The notes beneath the pieces are model-generated. The model had not been told where the DNA came from. It did no database searches and saw only the letters and a program-made list of their open reading frames with translations. DNA of 44,704 nucleotides from an uncultured bacterium. GTDB taxonomy: Bacteria; JADJOY01. Position 1 is the stretch's first letter. Each line of letters opens with the position of its first letter. Shown here piece by piece: positions 25,807 to 39,207 of the stretch. The translations under genes and the position numbers were made by a program. The stretch is from NCBI GenBank assembly GCA_964450125.1, contig CAYVDO010000006.1, positions 2,059 through 46,762 of the forward strand, in the 5' to 3' direction.

Positions 25807-26886
25807 TCAGATGAGCCCGAGAGCTCGAACGACCCACCGCGCCAGATCGAAATCGTCATCCCAAACGACGCCCACTTCCAGGGCGCTCGGTGCCGGATCC
25901 GCGAGGACGCGTTCCAGCTTGGGTAGGTCCTTTGCCGTCGTGACGATGCGGTGGGCACCACCGGCGAGCGCCGCTGCAGCGATCCGCTCGGCATCTGCGT
26001 TCGAGTATCTGTGGTGATCCGGAAACACCAGGCTGGCAACGACCTGCGCATCGAGGCGACGCACCGACGCTGAAAAAGCCCCAGGATTACCGATACCCGC
26101 AACGGTGACGACCTTCTCACCGGCGAGGGCACTCACGCGTTCCTCTCGACCGCCAGCCGTCCGCAACACCCGCGGTGCGAGCGCGAAACGGCGTACGGGC
26201 ACCCCTTCGGCGAGATCCCGGATGCCGCGGTCGATGAGCTCTTGCCACGGATCGCCCTCGGGAGCCCGCTTCACCAGCACCAATGAGGCGCGGCGTAGCG
26301 CGCTGGGCGGCTCACGAAGTGGGCCGCGCGGCAGCAGGTGACCGTTGCCGAAGCCACGCCCGCCGTCGACCACCACCAAGTCCACGTCGCGGCCGAGGCG
26401 GCGATGCTGGAATCCATCGTCGAGCACGAGCGCGGTGGCACCGCGCGCGACGGCCAAGCGCGCCGAGGCGACCCGGTCGGCGCCCACGATCACGGGGCAG
26501 CCTGGGAGCGACCGTGCGAGCATCACCGGCTCGTCGCCGTAGCGCGTGGGATCGAGCGCGTCGACAGGTGTTGGCGTGGCACCGTGCGCACCGCCGTAGC
26601 CACGGCTCAGGATCGCGATCGAATGCCCGAGACGGCTCAAACCGCCAGCCAGGTCGGCCACCACCGGTGTCTTGCCCGAGCCACCCACGGTGAGGTTGCC
26701 GACACAGATCGTCGGCCGCTCCACGTGCGTGACACGGAGGCAGCCGCGCTCGTACGCGCGACTGCGCAGTCGCACACCGGCTTCGAACGCCAGCGAGGAG
26801 GCCCACAGCGCGCGATCCAGCACCCGCGAGCCGGTCGACCCCGATTCGGACCAGAATGCCCGTTCGATTCGGCTGCGCGCGCTCAT
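25807..26886 (-). CDS. lpxK: tetraacyldisaccharide 4'-kinase
   Basis: 359 aa. It carries the P-loop in family context (ICVGNLTVGGSGKTPVV) and lies directly after waaA (6-nt gap). Confidence 0.9.
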   Translation of the reverse strand: MSARSRIERAFWSESGSTGSRVLDRALWASSLAFEAGVRLRSRAYERGCLRVTHVERPTICVGNLTVGGSGKTPVVADLAGGLSRLGHSIAILSRGYGGAHGATPTPVDALDPTRYGDEPVMLARSLPGCPVIVGADRVASARLAVARGATALVLDDGFQHRRLGRDVDLVVVDGGRGFGNGHLLPRGPLREPPSALRRASLVLVKRAPEGDPWQELIDRGIRDLAEGVPVRRFALAPRVLRTAGGREERVSALAGEKVVTVAGIGNPGAFSASVRRLDAQVVASLVFPDHHRYSNADAERIAAAALAGGAHRIVTTAKDLPKLERVLADPAPSALEVGVVWDDDFDLARWVVRALGLI

Positions 26887-26892
26887 GATCCA

Positions 26893-28961
26893 TCAGCGCG
26901 GACGCGTCGCGGCATCGACCAGCGCGCGCAACGCCGCCGCGGTCCGCTGGGTGGCGCCCCGATGGGCGGCGATGAGCGCCCGCCCAGCGGCTCCCATCGC
27001 CTGCCGCTCGACCGCGTCTGTCGCGAGCGCCTTGCAGCGCATCGCCAGGGCCTCGGCGTCGGCCCCCCGGGTGCCCGCCCCTGCCTCGACGAGCGCCGCG
27101 GCGATCTCCTCGCAGCTCTCGGTATGGGGACCGAAGAGCACCGGCAAGCCGTGCGCGGCGGGCTCGAGGAGATTGTGACCGCCGATCGGCACCAAGGTTC
27201 CGCCGACGAACGCCACGTCGCCCACGCCGTAGATCTGGGCGAGCTGGCCGATGGTGTCGAGGAGGTGCACCACCGGCGTGCCTCGACCCTCGACCTCCGG
27301 TCGCGAGCGACGCGTGAAAGCGAGAGCGCGCGCCGCGATGAGACGACCCACGTTCTCGAATCGCTCGGGATGGCGTGGCGCCAAGAGCAACGCGGCGTCG
27401 AGGCCCTCGGCGCGCAGGCGTTCGAGAACGCCGAGCAGCACCTCGTCCTCGCCCTCGTGGGTGCTGCCGGCGACGATCACCAGCGCGCGACCCGCGAGCC
27501 CGAGCTCGACGGCGAGCCGCTCGCGTTCCTCCGCTCCCAGCGAGGGAACCTCGAGGTCGAATTTGAGATTGCCGAGCACCTGGATGCGCTCGCGCGGCGC
27601 GCCCATGTGTGCCAGCCGTTCCCGAAACGCTTCGGTTTGCACGCAGAAGAGCCGTACCCTTCTCAGCGCACCCGCGAGAAAGCCGAGCGTCAGGCGATAA
27701 CGCCGCGCGCTGCGCTCCGACACTCGGCCATTCGCCATGGCGGTCGGAACGCACGCCCGCTCGAGCTCGCGCAGCAAGCCTGGCCAAACCTCGCTCTCGG
27801 TGCTCACGAAGAGCCGCGGCCGAATCGCGCGGATGGCGCGGCGCGTGACGAAGCTCAGATCGAGCGGCAGGTAGAGGACGTCCGTGCCCGCCGGCGCCTT
27901 GGCACGCGCCGTGTGATTGCCGGTGACCGTGACCGTGCTCAGCACCACGCGTTCGCCGGGCGAACCGTCGGGACGCGCGGCGGTGAGTGCCCGGACCAGG
28001 GGCAGGATCGCCGTCACCTCTCCCACCGAGACCGCGTGGATCCAGATCGGCCGCGGCCCGCCGAAGAGATGAGCGCGGACCAACGGTGAGTATCGGGCCC
28101 AGCGCTCGCCGAGGCGACTTCGCACCTCGGGGGCGGCGAGCCACCGGTACACCCAAAGCGGAGTCAATGCCGCCAGCCCGAGCAGCAACGCCAGGTCGTA
28201 GAGACGATACGCCCACGCCGCACCGCTCGCGGGGCGCGGATCGATGAGCGGATCGTCGGCGCGATCGAGTGCCGCTTGGGCGCGCGCGCTGGCGTTGTTG
28301 AGCCGACGCGTCAGCTCCTCGGTCAGCGACTGGATGCCTTCCGCATCGAGTCCCGGCGGCGCCGTGAGATCCGGCTCGATCGCGTAGACGATACGCGCGA
28401 AGGGCGCGGGCAACAGGAAGCGATCCCAGCTTCCGAGCCGCTTCGCGGGACGGGCCGCCCACGACACCGGCGTCACGGGGATACCTGCCGCGGAAGCGAG
28501 GATCGCCGCACCTGGCGCCGCCACCTCGCAGGGACCGCGCGGCCCATCGGGCGTGATGGCGAGGTTTCCGCCCTCGCCGAGACGCCGGATCATCTCCTGG
28601 ACCGCGCCCTTGGCGCCGTGGCTCGACGAGCCGCGCACGGCACCGATTCCGAAGTGCCGGATGGTGCGGGTGATGAGCTCGCCATCGCGATGCTCGGAGA
28701 TCAGCACGTCCATCGGCTGATCCGGCCAGAGCATCTGCGGGAATGCGAGCATCCGGCCGTGCCAGAAGGCCAAGACGAACGGCCCCCGGCGCCAGAGCCC
28801 GGGATAACGTTCGGCTTCCAGAATGCGCACGCGGCAGGTGAGCTGAACGAGTCGGATGTAGAGCGCTGCCAGCGGCGGCCCGGCCCACAGCGTGAGCCGC
28901 TGAAGCTGTCGCTTGCGGAACTGGCGCCAGCGGCTCTTGGCCCGCGAAGGCTTGGCGTCGC

Positions 28962-28965
<4 letters not shown>
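26893..28965 (-). CDS. waaA: fusion protein: DUF374-like (lysophospholipid-acyltransferase-like) domain plus 3-deoxy-D-manno-octulosonic acid transferase
   Basis: A single open frame of 690 aa runs from TTG 28965, which overlaps the msbA TGA. The N-terminal part (...FVLAFWHGRMLAFP...ISEHRDGELITR...GNLAITPDGPRGP) is DUF374-type. It is followed, with no stop or in-frame ATG/GTG, by the Kdo transferase TM anchor and catalytic domain (WVYRW...IWIHAVSVGEV...). The 1253-aa track ORF upstream of 28965 is a shadow of msbA. Confidence 0.85.
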
Positions 28966-31976
<3,011 letters not shown>

Positions 31977-32013
31977 CTGCGTGATCTCGTGCGAGCGCCC
32001 GAGGGGCGATCGT

Positions 32014-33000
32014 TCAGGCGGCCGGGATGCCGGCCCCGGATGCGACGCGCTCGCGATGTTCCGCCATCGACGCGAGGATACGATCGGCCAGCTCCATCGC
32101 GCGCCGGCCGTCGCTCCCCGTGACCACGGGATCGCGCCGATCGCGGACGCGCTGGAGAAAGCTCGCGATCTCGGCGCCCAGCGCATCGCCGTCCACGATG
32201 TCGGCGAGCACCGGCACGATGCTGGGGCTCGTGGTGGCGTTAGGCCCCGCTTCGCGGCGAAAGCCGGAGGCCGACTTCTTGTCCAGATCGAGCGACCAAT
32301 AACCGGAAGGCTGGAAGAGCCGAATCTTGCGGGTGCGTTCGACGCTCACCCGGCTGGCGGTCACGTTCGCGACGCAGCCTCCCTCGAACTCGATGCGCAC
32401 GTTGGCGATGTCGACGTTGCCCGTGAGCACCGCGACACCCACGGCGTGGACGAATCGCACGGGCGCTCCCACCCAATGGAGCAAGAGATCGAGGTCGTGG
32501 ATCATGAGGTCGAGCACCACGTCCACGTCGCTGGCCCGCTGGGTGTACGGTCCCATGCGCTGGACCTCGGCGAAGAGCGGACGGTCGATCTGCCCTTCCA
32601 CCGCACGCACCACGGGGTTGAAGCGTTCCAGATGCCCCACCTGGAGCACACGCCCGTAGGCGCGTGCCGCAGCGAGGATCTCGTCGGCCTCGGCGAGCGT
32701 GGCGGCGAGAGGCTTCTCGACCAGCACGTCGACGCCCGCGCGAAGCAGCGGCAAGGCGACGTCGCGGTGCGCGGTGGTCGGCACCGCGACGCTCGCCGCT
32801 CGTACGCGGCCGGGGAGCTCCCGCACGTCGTCGAGGATCGCTGCAGGATGATCGCCGAGCGCGGCCCGCGCCCGCTCGCGGTCGGGGTCGACCACTGCGA
32901 CCAGCCGCGCTCCGGGAAGCGCGCGGTACTTCGCGACGTGGCGGCTGCCGTAATAGCCGGTGCCGACCACCGCAACGGGAATGGGCTCGGGCTCCGTCAC
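32014..33000 (-). CDS. Gfo/Idh/MocA-family NAD(P)-dependent oxidoreductase embedded between lpxA and lpxB (GnnA-like position)
   Basis: GTG 33000 overlaps the lpxA TGA. Rossmann N-terminus VAVVGTGYYGSRHV, then the EKP motif (VLVEKPLA) typical of the family. 328 aa. Confidence 0.9.
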   Translation of the reverse strand: MTEPEPIPVAVVGTGYYGSRHVAKYRALPGARLVAVVDPDRERARAALGDHPAAILDDVRELPGRVRAASVAVPTTAHRDVALPLLRAGVDVLVEKPLAATLAEADEILAAARAYGRVLQVGHLERFNPVVRAVEGQIDRPLFAEVQRMGPYTQRASDVDVVLDLMIHDLDLLLHWVGAPVRFVHAVGVAVLTGNVDIANVRIEFEGGCVANVTASRVSVERTRKIRLFQPSGYWSLDLDKKSASGFRREAGPNATTSPSIVPVLADIVDGDALGAEIASFLQRVRDRRDPVVTGSDGRRAMELADRILASMAEHRERVASGAGIPAA

Positions 33001-33770
33001 ACGTGGATCCCACGCTCCGATTCGCGAATGAACCGCAGCAGGTGCTGCACGTCCTCGGTTGCCTCGACGCTCGCCTCGACCTCCTGCACGGCCTTCGAGA
33101 GCCGATGCCCCGAGCGGAAGAGGATGCGGTACGCCGCCTTGAGGCTGCGGATGCGCTCTTCGGAGAAACCGCGACGGCGCAGCCCCAGGCTGTTGATGCC
33201 GTGCAGTTGCACGTCGCGGTTGCCCGAGCAATGAACGAAGGGCACCACGTCCTTGCTGGCCATCGTCCCACCGCCCAGCATCGCCGAGGCACCGACCCGC
33301 GCGAACTGGTGCACCGCGCTCAGCCCGCCGAGAATCGCGAAGTTCTCGATCGCCACGTGCCCAGCGAGCTGCACGCCGTTGGCGAGAATCACTCGATCCC
33401 CCAGCACGCAGTCGTGTGCGATGTGGGCGTACGCCATCAGCAAGCAGCCGGCCCCAACTTTGGTGAGCCCGCCACCGGCGACGGTCCCACGGTGGACCGT
33501 CACCGACTCGCGCACCACCGTGCCGTCGCCGATCTCCACCCGCGTGGGCTCGCCCGCGTACTTGAGATCCTGGGGAGGCGCACCCACGCTCGCGAATTGA
33601 AACACCTGCACCTTGGCGCCAAGCCGCGTGTGGCCGTCGATGACGGCGTGCGGTCCGATGATCGCACCTGCGCCGATCTCCACGTTCGGTCCGATGACGC
33701 TGTACGGCCCCACCGCCACGTCGGGAGCGAGCTTCGCCTCCGATGCCACGATCGCCGTCGCGTGGATCAT
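32997..33770 (-). CDS. lpxA: acyl-ACP--UDP-N-acetylglucosamine O-acyltransferase
   Basis: 257 aa. Hexapeptide repeats run from the N-terminus (MIHATAIVASEAKLAPDVAVGPYSVIGPNVEIGAGAIIGPHAVI). The C-terminal helical domain and the fabZ-lpxA context also fit. Confidence 0.95.
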   Translation of the reverse strand: MIHATAIVASEAKLAPDVAVGPYSVIGPNVEIGAGAIIGPHAVIDGHTRLGAKVQVFQFASVGAPPQDLKYAGEPTRVEIGDGTVVRESVTVHRGTVAGGGLTKVGAGCLLMAYAHIAHDCVLGDRVILANGVQLAGHVAIENFAILGGLSAVHQFARVGASAMLGGGTMASKDVVPFVHCSGNRDVQLHGINSLGLRRRGFSEERIRSLKAAYRILFRSGHRLSKAVQEVEASVEATEDVQHLLRFIRESERGIHV

Positions 33771-34285
33771 GGGCGCGCTCCGTGGGCGCTACCGCCGGAC
33801 TCGTCAGGCAGCCGCGAAAAAGCAGCGCTGATGACCGCGTCGCATACCAGTTGGCCGTCGACCAGGGCGCGACAGTCGAAGCGCCAGAAGATGAGCCCGG
33901 GCGCGCGCCGCCCCTTGGGGTTTTCCAGCTCGTAGCGCAGCGTGTCTCCCGGGACCACCGGCCGCCGGAAGCGCGCCCTGTCGATGCCGGTGAGGCTCGG
34001 CAGCCAGCCATCGCCTTCGGGCGGCGACTGGTGCATGACCCACACCCCCGCGAGCTGCGCCATGCCTTCCACGATGAGAACGCCGGGCATGAGCGGTCGT
34101 CCCGGAAAGTGCCCGGGAAAAAACGGCTCGTTCACGGTCACGTTCTTGAGCCCGACAGCGCGCTCGCGGTCGATGGCGAGCACTCGATCCACGAGCAGCA
34201 TCGGATGGCGATGTGCGATGAGGCGCATGATGTCGGTCGCACCCAGCAACGTTCGCTCCGCTGCTCGTCCCGTCGATTCGGTCAT
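33767..34285 (-). CDS. fabZ: 3-hydroxyacyl-ACP dehydratase
   Basis: Start MTESTG at 34285. Hot-dog fold motifs LIAHRHPMLLVDRV and NEPFFPGHFPGRPLMPGVLIVEGMAQ are present. The stop overlaps the lpxA ATG. Confidence 0.95.
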   Translation of the reverse strand: MTESTGRAAERTLLGATDIMRLIAHRHPMLLVDRVLAIDRERAVGLKNVTVNEPFFPGHFPGRPLMPGVLIVEGMAQLAGVWVMHQSPPEGDGWLPSLTGIDRARFRRPVVPGDTLRYELENPKGRRAPGLIFWRFDCRALVDGQLVCDAVISAAFSRLPDESGGSAHGARP

Positions 34286-34320
34286 GAATCTCCCTCGAGT
34301 CGCGCGCCAACGGCGAGCGA

Positions 34321-35358
34321 TCACTCGCGCGCCTTCTCGGCGAGCGCCGCAGTGAGCCGTTCCACCTCGCGCTCCAGCCTGCGCACGCGATTTCGAAGCT
34401 CGGGCAGCGACGACTCCGCGGCCTTGATCCGCAGGAAGTCGCGGTGCGGGACGGGTGGCCGCCCCGTCACCTCGGCGCCCGCCGGGATGTCGCCGGGCAC
34501 CCCGGACTGGGCACCGATCCGCGCCCGGTCGCCGATCTGAATGTGTCCCACGACGCCCACCTGGCCGCCGAGCTGAACCCACGCCCCCACGCGCGTGGAG
34601 CCGGCCACGCCGACCTGCGCGGCGAACGCCGAATGCGGGCCGACCACGACGTTGTGAGCGATCTGAATCAGGTTGTCGAGCTTGGCGCCGCGCTGAACTC
34701 GAGTCTCGCCGAGCGTGGCGCGGTCGATGGTGGTGTTGGCACCCACCTCGACGTCGTCTTCGAGCACTACCGTCCCCACCTGGGGGATCTTGACCCAGCC
34801 GTCTCGCGTGGGCGCGAAGCCGAAGCCGTCTCCGCCGATCACGCAACCGGGCTGCAGCACCACCCGATCGCCGATGGTCACGCCCTCGCGCACCACCACA
34901 CCTGCGTGAAAGAGGCCGTTCTCGCCGATGGTGCAGTCGTCGCCGACGTGCACTCCCGCGTTCAGCACGGTGCCGGCGCCGATGCGACTGCGCTCGCCCA
35001 CCGTCGAGCCCGGCCCGATCGAAGCCGACGCGTGCACCCACGCCGAGCCGGCCACCACCGCGGTGGGATGGATGCCCGCCGCCGGTCGCAGCCGTGGATG
35101 GAAGAGCTCGAGCGCCTTGGCCAACGCCAGGTAGACGTTGGGGGTGACGAGCCGGTTTTCACCGAGATCACCGAGATCGGGGGTGACGATGAGCGCCGAG
35201 GCAGAGCTGGCTGCGGCCGCGCTGCGGTAACGAGGATGCGCGACGAACGAGAGCGCGCCCGCCGATGCGGAGGCAAGCGGCGCGATCCGATCGACGGCCA
35301 CCTCGCCGTCACCCCGAAGCTCGACACCGAGTGTCTTGGCCAGCTCAGCGAGACGCAT
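34321..35358 (-). CDS. lpxD: UDP-3-O-(3-hydroxyacyl)glucosamine N-acyltransferase
   Basis: 345 aa. The N-terminal uridine-binding domain (MRLAELAKTLGVEL...LSFVAHPRY) is followed by long hexapeptide repeats and a C-terminal helix. Confidence 0.95.
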   Translation of the reverse strand: MRLAELAKTLGVELRGDGEVAVDRIAPLASASAGALSFVAHPRYRSAAAASSASALIVTPDLGDLGENRLVTPNVYLALAKALELFHPRLRPAAGIHPTAVVAGSAWVHASASIGPGSTVGERSRIGAGTVLNAGVHVGDDCTIGENGLFHAGVVVREGVTIGDRVVLQPGCVIGGDGFGFAPTRDGWVKIPQVGTVVLEDDVEVGANTTIDRATLGETRVQRGAKLDNLIQIAHNVVVGPHSAFAAQVGVAGSTRVGAWVQLGGQVGVVGHIQIGDRARIGAQSGVPGDIPAGAEVTGRPPVPHRDFLRIKAAESSLPELRNRVRRLEREVERLTAALAEKARE

Positions 35359-35456
35359 GCACGTGACTCCCCGTGAGCGCGACGCCGGGAGGCGTTCGCG
35401 CCGTCGAGCGGGGCGGGCGGCGAGGCTTCGCGCGCCACCGCTGCACCCCGCTCACC

Positions 35457-36032
35457 TCACGGCTTCGACGACTTGCCCTCACCCGCGCTCGCCTTCGGCA
35501 TCCCTTCGGCGTCGAAGCGCTGGATGAGCTTGTCGGTGAGGTCGAAGGCACCGTCCGAGTAGAGCAGGTTGTGAGACTCGAAGACCAGGGAATACCCGTC
35601 TTCCTTGGCCACCTTCTGGACGATCTCGGCGAGCGCCTTGAGGATGCGCTGGGTCGCCTCGCCTTCCTTGCGCTTGAGCTCGTCGAGGACGTCGCTGCGG
35701 TAGCGCACGGCTTCCTTCTTCTTGTTCTCGATCTCGCGCTGCTTGTCGGCGAGCGCGTCGTCCTTGAGCGTGAGCCGCTGCTTCTCGACCTCGTCCTGGA
35801 TCTTCTGTAGATCCTTCGACATCTGATCGAGCTGCGTCTGCGCCTTTGTGACCTCGTTCTCGAGCCGCGACTTGGTCTCCTTGCCTTCTTTCGAGGTGGT
35901 CAAGGCCCGCTGCAGGTCCACCACACCGATCTTGACCCGGCTCCCATCCTGCGCCGCCGCGGGGAAGACCAACACCAGCGAAGCGGCGGCCACCAGCCAC
36001 CCGACGCTCCATGCTCTGACCGTGCCCACCAT
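35457..36032 (-). CDS. skp: periplasmic chaperone Skp/OmpH
   Basis: 191 aa from ATG 36032. It has a signal peptide (WLVAAASLVLVFPAAAQ) and a Lys/Glu/Gln-rich coiled-coil body (KIGVVDLQRAL...). Its position between bamA and lpxD also fits. Confidence 0.85.
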   Translation of the reverse strand: MVGTVRAWSVGWLVAAASLVLVFPAAAQDGSRVKIGVVDLQRALTTSKEGKETKSRLENEVTKAQTQLDQMSKDLQKIQDEVEKQRLTLKDDALADKQREIENKKKEAVRYRSDVLDELKRKEGEATQRILKALAEIVQKVAKEDGYSLVFESHNLLYSDGAFDLTDKLIQRFDAEGMPKASAGEGKSSKP

Positions 36033-36120
36033 GATGTTCTCGTCCTTTCTCTTCGCTCGACCGCGATGAAGGCGCGGCCAGTCGGGATCTCGAGCCGTGA
36101 CGCGACGTGGTTCGCGACGC

Positions 36121-38409
36121 TCAGAGCGGAGCGCCCACGCTGAACTGGAGCGAGCTCGCGTCGTCACCGACGCGGCGGCGCAGAGGATAGCCAATTTCGA
36201 GCCTGAGAGGCCCGAGCGGCGAGAGCCAGCGGAATCCGAAGCCCACCGACGTGCGCAGCTTGTCGAGGTCGAAACCGATTCCTTCCGGATAGGCCTCGCC
36301 CGCGTCGAAGAACGTGACGCCCTTGAGCCCGAAGCTGGGCACGATCGGAAAGATGAACTCGGTGTTGAAGATGAGCTGTTTGTTACCGCCGATCTCGTCG
36401 CCGGTGATGGGGTCCTTGGGGCCGAGGGAACGCACGTCGAAGCCGCGCACCGAATTGATGCCGCCCACGAAGTAGCGTTCGAAGAGCGGTAGATCCTGCC
36501 CCGATTCCAGCGACTCACCGAAGCTCATGCGTCCGCGCACCGAAAACACGGTTCCCCAGATCACCGGCACGTACCACGCGGTGCGCGCCTCCAGCTTGTA
36601 GAAATCGCTGGTGCCGCCGAGGAACACGCCCGCCAGCTCGGCACTCAGCACGTTGTCCGAGCCGCGCGTGGGATCGAAGCGGTTGTTGAGGGTGTTGCGG
36701 CGAATGGCGGCGGTGATGCTGGAGATCTCGTCGGTGCCCTCTTGGGCGCGCAAGATCGACGACGCGCCCGACGACACGTCCGTGATCTCGACGTGCTCGA
36801 AGCCGTAGGTGAGGCTGCCGTCGATGAACTCGATCAACGGGTAGCCGAGCGTGGCGCTGCCGCCCAGGCGCTTGCGCGTGAAGTCGTTGAACTCGCGCTG
36901 ATCGTTGAAGACCGAGAGACCCGCCGAGATGCGGGTATCGAGGACGTAGGGCTCCGTGAACTCGAGGTCGACGAGCTGGCGGCGCGATCCCAGGTCGGCG
37001 TTGGCGGTGAGGCTTTCGCCGAGGCCGCGAAAGTTGTGCTGGGTGACGCGCAGGTTCACGAGGAACGCGTCGACGCTCGAGAAGCCGGCGCCGGCAGACA
37101 GCGTCCCGGTCTGGCCTTCCTTGACCTTGACCTTGAGATCGACCTCGTCGTCTTTGTTGGTGCGGGCCTCCTCGAAGTCGATGGTGTCGAAGAAACCGAG
37201 CCGTTCGAGGCGCTGCTTCGAGACCCTGAGCCGCGCACCCGAATAGGTGCTGCCCTCGCTCACCCGCAGCTCGCGCCGCACCACCTTGTCGCGGGTCTTC
37301 GTGTTGCCCTCGACCTCGATGCGGCGGAAGTGGACCTTCTTGCCCTGCTCGATCTGGAACACCACCTCGACGGTGCGCGCGTTGCGGTCCAGCTTGGTCA
37401 ACGGATCGACCTTCGCGAACGCGTAGCCCTGGTCCGCGTAGACCTCGGTGAGCCGCTGGATGTCCTGGCGCAGGAGATCGCGGTTCAGGATCTCGCCCTT
37501 CTTCGACTCGACGCGGTCGATGAGCGGGTGGCCGTAGGGATCGGGGAGGAGATCGCCCGCGAGCGACAACGCCGAGATCGTGTACTGCGGCCCTTCGTCG
37601 ATGCCGATGGTGACGTGCAAGCCGTCGTCGCGGAAATCGAGCCGGGGATCCGAGATGCGGTGATCGAGGTAGCCGTGGTTGTAGTAGAGCGACGAGATCC
37701 GCGCGACGTCTCCGTCGACCTGCTCCTTGCGATAGAGCCCGCGCTCGGTGAGCCAGCTCAGGAACCACTTCTCCTTCGTCTCCATCGCGTCGACGATCTC
37801 GTCGTGCTCGAAGTGCTCGTTGCCTTCGAAAGCGAGCTCGACGACGTAGACCTCCTCGTTTTCGCGCACCTTGTAGACCACCTCGACGGTCTCGGCGCTC
37901 GGCACCAGCTCGCTCTCGACCTGGGCGTGGGTGTAGCCCTTCGAGTCGTAGAGGTCGTGGATCTTCTTCACGTCCGCGCGCACCTTGTCCTCGTCGAGCA
38001 GCTCGCGCGGCTTGACGGTGACGACCTCGCGGATCTTGTCCTCGTTGATCTCGTCGTTGCCGGTGATGCGCACTTCCTTGATGCGCGGGTTCTCGGTGAG
38101 CACGAACGTGACCACGGTCCCGACGGCACCCGGCTCGCTGCGGACCTCGATGTCCCGGAAATAACCCAACCGGTAGAGCGCCTTGACGTCCTGACGGATC
38201 ACGTCGGGATCCACGGGTGCTCCGATGCGGGTGCGCACCTCCTGCATCAACCGGTCCGACTCGACCAGCCGGTTGCCCACGAATTGCACCGCTTCGACCG
38301 TCGGTGCAGCCGCGCGCGCAACCCCGGCGCACACGAGCCCGATCCATGCCGCGGCCAGTGCTGCGAGCGCCGCCCACCGGATGCCGCGTCCCTGCCACCG
38401 ACTCGTCAT
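36121..38409 (-). CDS. bamA: outer membrane protein assembly factor BamA
   Basis: 762 aa from ATG 38409 (ATGA overlap with lolD). It has a signal peptide and repeated POTRA-type modules (VEAVQFVGN..., IKEVRITGN..., VVELAFEGN..., ISALSLAGD..., FRRIEVEGN...). The C-terminal Omp85 barrel ends ...LQFSVGAPL. Confidence 0.95.
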   Translation of the reverse strand: MTSRWQGRGIRWAALAALAAAWIGLVCAGVARAAAPTVEAVQFVGNRLVESDRLMQEVRTRIGAPVDPDVIRQDVKALYRLGYFRDIEVRSEPGAVGTVVTFVLTENPRIKEVRITGNDEINEDKIREVVTVKPRELLDEDKVRADVKKIHDLYDSKGYTHAQVESELVPSAETVEVVYKVRENEEVYVVELAFEGNEHFEHDEIVDAMETKEKWFLSWLTERGLYRKEQVDGDVARISSLYYNHGYLDHRISDPRLDFRDDGLHVTIGIDEGPQYTISALSLAGDLLPDPYGHPLIDRVESKKGEILNRDLLRQDIQRLTEVYADQGYAFAKVDPLTKLDRNARTVEVVFQIEQGKKVHFRRIEVEGNTKTRDKVVRRELRVSEGSTYSGARLRVSKQRLERLGFFDTIDFEEARTNKDDEVDLKVKVKEGQTGTLSAGAGFSSVDAFLVNLRVTQHNFRGLGESLTANADLGSRRQLVDLEFTEPYVLDTRISAGLSVFNDQREFNDFTRKRLGGSATLGYPLIEFIDGSLTYGFEHVEITDVSSGASSILRAQEGTDEISSITAAIRRNTLNNRFDPTRGSDNVLSAELAGVFLGGTSDFYKLEARTAWYVPVIWGTVFSVRGRMSFGESLESGQDLPLFERYFVGGINSVRGFDVRSLGPKDPITGDEIGGNKQLIFNTEFIFPIVPSFGLKGVTFFDAGEAYPEGIGFDLDKLRTSVGFGFRWLSPLGPLRLEIGYPLRRRVGDDASSLQFSVGAPL

Positions 38410-39173
38410 GCGCTCGCCTCGTGCTCCGCACCGGCCACCAGCAGCCGGCCATCGAACATCGTGAGACACCGCTCCATCCGCGTCGCGAGCTCGGGATTGT
38501 GGGTAACCACCACGAGCGTGGTACCGCGCCGCTGATTCATGTCCAACAGCAAATCGAAAATTCTCGTGCCCGTGCCCACGTCGAGATTGCCGGTGGGCTC
38601 GTCGGCGAGCACCACGGCGGGATCCATCACCAGCGCCCGCGCCAACGAGACGCGTTGCTGCTCGCCGCCCGAAAGCTCACCGGGCCTATGCGTGAGCCGA
38701 TGGCCCACCCCCACCTCTTCCAGCAGTGCCGTGGCGCGGGCTCGCGCCGCCGCCTCGCTCTCGCGGGCGATGAGCGCGGGCATCATCACGTTCTCGAGGG
38801 CGGTGAACTCGGGCAGCAGATGGTGGAACTGGAACACGAAGCCGATCGAGCGGTTGCGCAGCTCGGAGCGCTTCGCCTCGGGCAACGCGTAGACGTCGTT
38901 CCCCTCGATCGTCACCGAGCCCGACGTCGGCCGTTCCAGCCCCCCCAGCACGTGCAGCAGCGTCGACTTCCCCGTTCCCGAGGCACCCATGATCGCCACC
39001 GAGGAACCGCGACCGAGCGTCAGATCGACGCCCTTCAGCACCTCGACGCTCACGGCATTCTTCTGGAACGTCTTGGTGAGGCCTGTCATCGCGACCGCCA
39101 GCTCGGTGCCCGCGTGTGCGGCGCCGACCGGTGGGATGGACGATTCGTCGGCGAGGTCGCTCATCGGGCTCAC
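38406..39173 (-). CDS. lolD: lipoprotein-releasing system ATP-binding protein
   Basis: Walker [12 protein letters not shown], signature [15 protein letters not shown] and Walker [13 protein letters not shown] are present. It sits next to a LolC/E-type permease. GTG 39173 or ATG 39164 could be the start. Confidence 0.9.
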   Translation of the reverse strand: MSPMSDLADESSIPPVGAAHAGTELAVAMTGLTKTFQKNAVSVEVLKGVDLTLGRGSSVAIMGASGTGKSTLLHVLGGLERPTSGSVTIEGNDVYALPEAKRSELRNRSIGFVFQFHHLLPEFTALENVMMPALIARESEAAARARATALLEEVGVGHRLTHRPGELSGGEQQRVSLARALVMDPAVVLADEPTGNLDVGTGTRIFDLLLDMNQRRGTTLVVVTHNPELATRMERCLTMFDGRLLVAGAEHEASA

Positions 39174-39207
39174 GAGGATCGTGGTTACGCGAGGAGGGGC
39201 GCCTGCG

